Source: an uncultured delta proteobacterium (GTDB lineage Bacteria; Desulfobacterota; Binatia; UBA9968). From it: 64,000 nt of DNA. Positions 9,498 to 16,921 of this stretch are shown one piece after another (position 1 is the stretch's first letter; every line of letters begins with the position of its first letter). The notes below the pieces were generated by a model. That model saw only the letters and a list, made by a program, of their open reading frames with translations, was not told where the DNA came from and did no database searches. The stretch covers positions 32,001-96,000 of the forward strand of contig CAVSLC010000009.1 in assembly GCA_963728565.1 (NCBI GenBank), written 5' to 3'. The translations under genes and the position numbers were made by a program.

Positions 9498-11286
9498 AGT
9501 ATCCGTTGTCCGGCAAAGCCTTCGGCCTCGTTTCGATCGCGTTGTCCCCCGCAATGCTTGTTGCCGGCGTTTTCGGGCAAGAACAAATTGACAGAGCTGA
9601 ATCGCAACTGACCCTGCGGAAGTTCGCCGAGACGCGCGAGTACAAAGGAGCTATGGTCGAAGGGGAAAATCGCCGGATCGGTCCCGGCGACTCGCTGTGG
9701 CGAATCCTGATTCAAGAGCGAGGACTGACCCAACGAAAATTCAGCCAGTATGTCGTTGTCGTTCAGGGCCTAAACCCTCAGATGAAAAGCGCGAGCGTGC
9801 TCAAGGTCGGCGATACTGTCTTTATCCCCATGCGGCCGGACGAAGTTCTTGTTGCGCCGTCAACGGTTGCCGCCGGTGGGAAGGCATCGAACGAGTCCCA
9901 CGGCAATCGCTTGACAACTGATTATTAGGGTGAAACGGGGCAATCATCTGTATCAAATACTGCGCGAGCAGTTAAAAATTACCGACGAGAAGGAATTGGC
10001 GACGTACTACGCGCTGGTTAAAGACCTGAACCCACAGCGTAAGGAATGGGATGTCTTGCAGGAAGGGGAGGTTATCCAGCTTCCTGCGGAGAAAACCGGA
10101 GCCGTGGTGTCGCAGAACGCATCATCGTTGGCGCCGGGAACGGAAAAGTTGGCGCCAATCGTACGAGCCCATCGCACCACCCCAGAATGCAACTGCTGTG
10201 CGCGCGCCGCTGCCTTTGGATCATGCGCGGCGACTTCTTGCGCAAGAAAACCTGCCGTTATTGGCACAAGTGCTGAATACGGTTGGGATCGAAGTTGAGA
10301 GTGATGGGGACGAGGTGTTCCCTCTACCGAACGGCACGGTTCGGTTGGATAAAGCTTCTTACCCGATTGTGTTAAACCGTAAGCTGCAGCAAAGAGTAAT
10401 TCTCGATACACGCGAGCGATTGCCAGCATCATTGCGCAAGAGTTTTGAGTCTCCGGATGCCGGTACATCGGTGTTCTCTCTCGCCACGGGCGCCAACCTT
10501 CAGGAGACGGTGAGTCAATTATTATCGCGCCTAGGGTACCAGGCATTGCCAAGTGATCGGCCGATCAGCATTCAGCAGGGCGATGTTGCGTTCGAAGCGA
10601 TGGGAACATGGATTGCCGCTGCTCCGGAAGAGAGCGGCAAAGCTCAGGAGATATTCATCATCACGGTCACTGATCAAGCAGATGAAGTTCCCGAATACCT
10701 GCGAGACCAATTGTCGGCAAAAGGGGTTCATCTGAAGGAGGTCGTCTTGGCCTCTTCTTCTCAACCGCAAACAACCACGAAAGAGACGACGAGATTAACT
10801 GGAGAGGTTAAGATTTGGCCCCGAGAAAAGTCCGAGAAAATTGACGCTTTGCTGCTTGCTTATGGAATACCCTTTGGCGTGGCTGAGCCGCAGTCAGTAG
10901 AAATGGGAGAGGGGCTTCGATTTGAAACTCAGACCGATCGCATATTCGAATCCAAAGGGCAACGAATCGGGCTCTTCTTTCACCAAGTCCAACCTGAAAT
11001 CAAGAAAGCCTTGCAACAACGACAAGGGATGAAGGTCGTTGAACTTGATTTATCCTCCATGTCAGCGAAGGAGATAATTACCCGAGTCCTCGGGGAACTG
11101 CGTGATCAGACCGTTTACCGCGAACATAAGTTTTCAGCCGATAGCGGCGCCAAAGATCGAGTTAACATAAGCACGGCAGGATTTTGGTTGCGCAACCGTT
11201 CCATATTTCTTACCGACCGTCAAATCCCACCATCGTTGCATCGCTTCTTTTTTGAAAAAGGTTTGGATTTAGTTTACTTTGATTAA
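9494..11286 (+). CDS. Secreted LysM-domain protein, broken by two apparent frameshifts (about 9925 and about 10165)
   Basis: Signal peptide and two LysM-like units (GPGDSLWRIL..LNP..LKVGDTVFIP; VKRGNHLYQIL..LNP..LQEGEVIQLP). The TAT-TAG-GGT at about 9925 reads Y-R-V if one T is removed. Three ORF pieces tile the region. Confidence 0.75.
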
Positions 11287-11301
11287 TCCTGACGGTTAAA
11301 T

Positions 11302-11378
11302 GCGCCCGTAGCTCAACTGGACAGAGCATCAGACTTCGGATCTGAGGGTTGGGGGTTCAAATCCCTCCGGGCGCGCCA
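11302..11378 (+). tRNA. tRNA-Arg, anticodon UCG
   Basis: Cloverleaf: GCGCCCG/CGGGCGC acceptor stem, GCTC/GAGC D-stem, TCAGA-CTTCGGA-TCTGA anticodon arm, GGTTCAAATCC T-loop, encoded CCA. Confidence 0.97.
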
Positions 11379-11416
11379 TTGTTGTCAAAAACTACTTTCC
11401 GGAAGTCTAATCTTCT

Positions 11417-11536
11417 TTAGAGTTGTCTCCCTGGTGGTTCCAATCCTTTCTCTGGCGGTGCCGGTAGCGCGTCGTCCAGCGTATTGACGATTGCCGTCCT
11501 GTACCCCAAGTGCCTATGATAGCCGTCCACTGTCAT
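11417..11536 (-). pseudogene. Probable tyrosine-integrase C-terminal remnant
   Basis: Translates MTVDGYHRHLGYRTAIVNTLDD.., resembling the (I/M)TVDxY..AVxxLDD tail that carries the catalytic Tyr. Points toward the tRNA. Identical copy at 27174-27293. Confidence 0.5.
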
Positions 11537-12005
11537 GTTAGTTTAGTTGCGGTCTTCCTGATCCTTCGCATGGTTCAACCCGGATTCCGCACTTGCGATT
11601 GACAGAATCCTTTCGCAGCGAAGTCGATGGGTTTCTACCTCTGAGCAGACATCGCTCAGCGGTGCTTCGAGCGGGATGTTTAAGCCTTATAGCAAGGACG
11701 TGCGAGAGCGCAAAACCACTTTGAAACTTCACAGTCGGACGCGTTTGCTGCTCCATGATTTACCTCGCTTCCGGCATTTTAGTTCAAGGCTCGTCCGTTG
11801 TGCGCCCCAGTCGGCTGCAGAACTCGCCCTACTTCGTCTTGAATAGCTCACCGTGATTCGCGAAACCTCGATGATCGAAGCGCTGAGCCCTTCCAATAAA
11901 CAGCTCCAAGCGACTCACACCGTGACATAAACATCGGGTGAGCTGCCAAACATTAGTGAGCTTGTACTGACTGGAAGTGCAAGTTTTGCGGCTTCGGTGT
12001 GACAA

Positions 12006-12389
12006 TTAAGGTTTGACGAGCCTCCCAGAGATGTCCACGAAAATTCGAGCGGCCGCGTTCCCATTGTGTCGGGCTGCAGTCACTATAATTTGGCTATCTG
12101 GGTCTGCATAAAGCAATACCCGTTGACCTCCAAATCTTCTAGCTGGAAAAGCAGGATCTGAAATAGTCGAGGTTCCGCTTGTGACGATTGGGTAAATACC
12201 TGGGACGGAGTTCGTGTAAACTTCAAGCGACACAAAAACAGTTTGATTCTGCTGCACAAAACCGTTTACGCCGACAAACTCCACAACAAACAGCCTATCC
12301 TTAGCTATCTTCGGTAACTGAATGTCTTTTGTCTCTTCGCCGTTTGCAAGGTTTATAACTCCGCCTACGTGAAACGGCTTTCCACTCAT
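12006..12389 (-). CDS. Hypothetical beta-rich protein (127 aa)
   Basis: AGGAG RBS. The duplicate copy shows a synonymous change and conservative changes. Confidence 0.75.
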   Translation of the reverse strand: MSGKPFHVGGVINLANGEETKDIQLPKIAKDRLFVVEFVGVNGFVQQNQTVFVSLEVYTNSVPGIYPIVTSGTSTISDPAFPARRFGGQRVLLYADPDSQIIVTAARHNGNAAARIFVDISGRLVKP

Positions 12390-12604
12390 TGTTGTTCTCT
12401 CCTAATTTATTCAGTGATGATATATGACGCGGCGTGACTCCGGCAAGCTAAGGCCGTAGAGCTGCACGCTGGGTGCTGCCCCTTGATTCACCCGTAACGG
12501 TTGTGCTAATAACCGCGCCCTCGCTGCGCAGCGACAGCGTTGCGCCCACCTTTGAGAAGCTATCAAAGGGCGCTGCGCCGGCGAGGCCCAAGGAAGGGGC
12601 ATCA

Positions 12605-12694
12605 TTGTTTGACGGACGGCTAGTTGTTTCCATCGTGATCGGAGCGGCTCTTGGAGTTTTTATCTCGCTGTCGCTGACGTGGCTCATACAGTAG
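12605..12694 (+). CDS. Small single-TM peptide (29 aa)
   Basis: GGAAGGGG then TTG; MFDGRLVVSIVIGAALGVFISLSLTWLIQ. Confidence 0.4.
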   Translation: MFDGRLVVSIVIGAALGVFISLSLTWLIQ

Positions 12695-12757
12695 CGGTTG
12701 CACGGCAGGGGCCGGGTATGTTCCTCCCACCTCCTTCCGTGCTCACCTAAGTCCATC

Positions 12758-13581
12758 ATGCCCCCACCTGGTACTGGCGTCTTGTCGTTTGGGCTAGTGG
12801 CGATCCCCGTCCGGATTCATACCGCGACGAAAAGCGAAAACGTCTCATTTCACCTACTGCATAAGAAATGCGGCTCACGAGTCCGCAATCAGCACTATTG
12901 CCCAGTGTGTAAGATCCTTGTAGAGCGCGAGGGTCTCGTGCGCGGCTTCCAGCACGCTAAAGATCAGTACGTACCCATCACCGAAGAGGAACTCGAAAGC
13001 CTTGAGGCCGAACCCAACGAAGCATCGATCTCAAAGAGTTCATCCCGCTTGCCAGCGTTGATCCGGTCTATTTTGAAAACACCCACTATCTGGGCGCAGA
13101 TAAAGGCGGCGAGAAGCCGTATCGGCTGCTTGCAGATGCAATGGCAAAGAGCGGTCGTGTCGCTGTCGCTGAGCTAGTCAGTCGTGGCAAAGAGCAGCTT
13201 GTATTAATCCGGCGATACCGCAAAGGCTTGGTGCTTCACACGATGTACTACGGTGACGAAGTGCGAGATTTCAAACAGGTGCCGAAAGGCGAGAATGTGA
13301 AGGTTTCGGAAAAGGAGCTAGAGCTTGGCGTCGACCTGATCGACCGGCTCACATCGGAAGAGTTCCAGCCGGAGAATTACAAAGACGAGTATCGCATTCG
13401 CGTGCTCGGCATGCTCGATGAGAAGAGCAAAGGTAAGGAAATCGTAATGGACAAAGCGCCAGCGCCAAAGCACGGCCAAGTGATCGACATCATGGAAGCC
13501 CTAGAGCGCAGCATGGAGAGAGTCCCGGCCAAAAAGAAACCCGCCACAACTCCGGCCGCTAAGAAGAAAACAAGAGCATAG
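12758..13581 (+). CDS. ku: Ku protein (NHEJ), frameshift at about 13018
   Basis: GVLSFGLVAIPV..SFHLLHKKCGSRV..CPVC, then in the shifted frame IDLKEFIPLASVDPVYFE..KPYRLL..LHTMYYGDEVR..VIDIMEALERS and a basic tail. Confidence 0.9.
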
Positions 13582-13628
13582 TCCCAGCGCGTTCCAGGTG
13601 GCGCGACGTGGTTGTCAGCAGGTAATCG

Positions 13629-14003
13629 GTGCGAGTTCTCGAAGCTCTCAAAATATTAGAAGCCGCAACGATCGAGTGTAAAAAGCGCGATATTAACACT
13701 CCCGACGTACGAACAGCTCTTGACGTTCTCCAGCCCTATTGCCAGCCTGAATGGGTGGTCGCCGGATTCCGAAATCACCTACGACCGTATGACAAACGTT
13801 CTGACCGTGAAGGGCAGCAGCAGGTTCTACGGGTTTACTTCGGCGGCATCTACCGCAACGTCAGACAGCTCCTCTTGACCGAAATCAAACGGTTTAGTCA
13901 CCGTTACGAGAAAACAACAGACGCGAAGATTAAACGGCAATTAGATCAACTGAAAACCGAATTGATTCAACTACCTGAACAGTGCGATTTCAGAGACCGA
14001 TAG
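13629..14003 (+). CDS. Hypothetical protein (124 aa)
   Basis: Open frame. The C-terminal half recurs as a diverged paralog at about 16028-16235. Confidence 0.7.
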   Translation: MRVLEALKILEAATIECKKRDINTPDVRTALDVLQPYCQPEWVVAGFRNHLRPYDKRSDREGQQQVLRVYFGGIYRNVRQLLLTEIKRFSHRYEKTTDAKIKRQLDQLKTELIQLPEQCDFRDR

Positions 14004-14106
14004 TGATTGGCGCTGACGCCCGATGGGCATCTAAGGCATTCAAGGTTCCGCACGGGCTGAGAGATGAGAAAAACGCGTATCGCGTGGTTCGGCAGTAATT
14101 TACGCC

Positions 14107-14487
14107 TCAGCGATCAGGCGATGAAGACTGTTTCTTGCGCTCTATGGCCTCACTGCAACATGCAACTAGCAGTTCACAAAAGCGCTTGCCTGTTGTCTTA
14201 CCGCTGGCGGAGAATTGACTTCCCATACAACCGAAGATTAACCGCGCTGCATCAAGTTCGCTGATCGAATACTGTTTGAGGTCTGGGTCCCTCGCCTCAC
14301 TACCGGGGATAATCCGAAGTTTCCCGGAGCGAATGGCGGCCTGCTCATGCAACGAGCGCAGCCAATACGCGCAAATCTCATTATCGCTAGATTGCACCAG
14401 CGCCCGGCGTAGTGCTTCAAGCTCTTCATCGTCAAGCCAAGCGAGATTGAAAACGTCAGGATCAATTTTTTTGAATCGTTGTTTCAT
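14107..14487 (-). CDS. Hypothetical protein (126 aa)
   Basis: Plausible helical ORF, no family recognised. Confidence 0.55.
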   Translation of the reverse strand: MKQRFKKIDPDVFNLAWLDDEELEALRRALVQSSDNEICAYWLRSLHEQAAIRSGKLRIIPGSEARDPDLKQYSISELDAARLIFGCMGSQFSASGKTTGKRFCELLVACCSEAIERKKQSSSPDR

Positions 14488-14551
14488 AACAGCGATGCAG
14501 ACTTCATTCTCGTCTTCTCCTTCCCGCCGCTATGCGAGACAACAGCATTTA

Positions 14552-14758
14552 CTAAACGATCCAGGGCAACAGCAGAGTGGTTAGTAACAAGCAGACCAAA
14601 AGAATCGCCATACAAACATCCTCACGGGAGAGGTCGGCTAACCTCTGGACACGAACAACTGCGCTGTCTAACCAAGACCATCCGCGACTCCACGCTCCGG
14701 CGCCGACGATGGGACGCCGTCTTCGTGGCGCAAAAGGCTCCTTGATGATTCTGGTCAC
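14552..14758 (-). CDS. Small protein with a C-terminal TM helix
   Basis: AGGAG upstream of GTG; ends MAILLVCLLLTTLLLPWIV. Confidence 0.45.
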   Translation of the reverse strand: MTRIIKEPFAPRRRRPIVGAGAWSRGWSWLDSAVVRVQRLADLSREDVCMAILLVCLLLTTLLLPWIV

Positions 14759-15164
14759 GCGATTACTCCTACGAACATCCTGCGCAGAGATTCAAAGACT
14801 CACCACATCTCTCCTTAGGTAGGTTCATTAAAGCATGGAGCATACCCGGGGCGGTTGTTAATGTTTGTCCAGCGGCGTTCCATCTCTTTACCGAAACCAC
14901 TGACAGCTAAACCCGATGCGTAAGATGGCTTTACGGTAACAGGCAAAGTTGCCGTTGAGGATCGAAAGGCAGAACTCCCGCACCCGGTCCCAATTTCTCC
15001 AAAGTTATCGGCTGTCCGATCAAAAGTCAGGGGTCCGACGCTTGCTCAGTCGCCTACTAGCCGGGCGAAGAGGCGCAACTCGTAACGACACCACAGACTC
15101 TCTTCGTTCCCGGCGCCATTCTCTTTGTCCAGTAGGTCGATGATGATTCGACAAAGATAGGCCA

Positions 15165-15542
15165 ATGAAAATCTTAATCGTGGAAGATAACCCGGATATG
15201 CGCGCCCTATTAGCGCTCAGATTACAGCTAACCGGCTATATTCCGATTCTCGCAAGCCACGGTAAAGAGGGCGTAGAGAAGGCTAACGCAGAGAAGCCGG
15301 ACTTGATCTTGATGGATATGATGATGCCAGTAATGGACGGCTGGGAAGCGGCGAGAATACTGCGCGCCTCTCGCGAAACGAAAGACATACCCATCTTGGC
15401 AACAACCGCAGTCTTTCGTTCTGAGGATCTCAAGGCATGTTTGGACGCGGGCCGTAACGGCTACCTGGTCAAGCCGTTCAACGGTGTGGATCTCCAGCAC
15501 AAGATCCGAGAAATGTTAGACCCAAAGGAATTATCGGCGTAG
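15165..15542 (+). CDS. Single-domain response regulator (CheY/DivK-like)
   Basis: ILIVEDN, PDLILMDMMMPVMDG and YLVKPF motifs. Confidence 0.93.
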   Translation: MKILIVEDNPDMRALLALRLQLTGYIPILASHGKEGVEKANAEKPDLILMDMMMPVMDGWEAARILRASRETKDIPILATTAVFRSEDLKACLDAGRNGYLVKPFNGVDLQHKIREMLDPKELSA

Positions 15543-15593
15543 AAAAGATCATTAAATCCATCGGGAGAAACTCATTTGATCAAGGCCCGTAAG

Positions 15594-15698
15594 ATGTGGT
15601 CGACTCGTGTCCAAGACACATTACTCATCTCAGTAGTGGTCATGGGTACACTGGGCCTTTACTTGGTTGCTGCATACTTCATCATCACGGTGCTCTAA
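15594..15698 (+). CDS. Small single-TM peptide (34 aa)
   Basis: MWSTRVQDTLLISVVVMGTLGLYLVAAYFIITVL, read by hand. Confidence 0.45.
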   Translation: MWSTRVQDTLLISVVVMGTLGLYLVAAYFIITVL

Positions 15699-15785
15699 GT
15701 AACCCGCAAGCAGTCTTGACTTGTAGCCTACCGCACCGATATATACCCGCCTCTACTGATACGATGGCTATTCACCGGGAGCGTA

Positions 15786-16235
15786 ATGCAGGCTGCTTCT
15801 CTTGCAAAAGGACGTGGACGCAGAAGATGTCGTGATGGGGCTGAAGGCACTGACTTCGTTCGTTGCCGTATCTGCGGCAAACACCTGCGCGTAATCAGTG
15901 GCCGACACCTCTCGACACATGGGACTAACCGTGAAACCTACATCAAGGAGTACCGGCTCAGTCCTGACAAGCTCTGCTCCAAATCATTCCGCATAAATCA
16001 CAGTTCCCGGCGTGACTACCATAACGGTCCTGAGCGTGAAGGGCAACAGCAAGTCTTACGGGTGTACTTCGGCGGCATCTATGACAACGTCAGACAGCTC
16101 CTCTCGGCGCAAATTAAGCGGCTCAACCACACCGGTACTTAGAAAACCAAAGACGCGGTAGCGAAACAGGAACAGGATCGGCTGAGAACTGAATTGGAGC
16201 AGTTACCGGAACGGTGGGATTTCACACCACGATAA
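15786..16235 (+). pseudogene. MucR/Ros-like C2H2 zinc-finger fragment fused to a copy of the 13629 ORF C-terminus
   Basis: VRCRICGKHLRVISGRHLSTHG..Y.KEY, followed by EGQQQVLRVYFGGIY..; interrupted at about 16140. Confidence 0.6.
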
Positions 16236-16257
16236 CTGCGCCATCTGACCTAATTTT

Positions 16258-16469
16258 ATGATGCTACCGGAAGCGGAGCTTTGGACCGAAGTCATTGTCC
16301 TCTCCTTGCGAGATCTCACCAACCCTACGACCCCGGATATCTGTCACGTGACGCTCAAGAGTGGCTTTCGTCGGACAGCCACGACATCGGCAGCTTCATC
16401 TGGGTTTGCGGGCTGATAGACGTCGAACCAGGGCTTTATCAGGTGGCGTTAGCTAAGCGAAAGCATTAA
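16258..16469 (+). pseudogene. Small phage-type hypothetical protein, frameshifted
   Basis: MLPEAELWTEVIVLSLRDL, then DAQEWLSSD..GSFIWVCGLIDVEP; a pattern recalled from a small helical hypothetical family. Confidence 0.4.
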
Positions 16470-16479
16470 GTGGTTGTGA

Positions 16480-16726
16480 GTCGACTTCGAAGAGCTGCCG
16501 GTTGATCCGAATTCTCGGATTTTTGCCCCGAGTTCTGCAAGAGAGAATGGTTTTATAATGTAGCTGTGACAGCCAGCCTCAAACATTCATCGATGTCTGA
16601 CTGCTGTGACATCCCGGTTGCTGCGATGATTGGGATATCTTTCGTCCTGGGGTTAGCGTGCAGCAGTCGTGTTGTTTCAAAACCATCCATGCCCGGAATC
16701 ATGAAGTCCATCAGGATTACATCCGG
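16480..16726 (-). pseudogene. Truncated response-regulator receiver domain
   Basis: PDVILMDFMIPGMDGFETTRLL..TKDIPIIAAT, then shifted EAGCHSYIIKPFS; N-terminus absent. Confidence 0.75.
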
Positions 16727-16921
16727 TCACCAAAGAAGATCTAAAAGGAATAGCAGGACAAATAAAGGCACCTGAAAACGTTTGCTTCCGGAGCTGCTCG
16801 GAGCTGACACACCTTGCGTGATGAACCGGGTTTAGCATGATGTATCTAATCTTCAGAGCAGCCCCGACAATTTATCTTTAGAAGCACTGCGTGATCGTCT
16901 ACTCAAACCATAAAGTTCTTG

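Larger units (their letters stand above)
11333..12591 (+). repeat. Long direct repeat, copy 1 (tRNA 3' half plus about 1.2 kb)
   Basis: Aligns by eye to 27090-28427 with about 7 substitutions, one 1-bp indel and one 78-bp insert. Confidence 0.97.
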
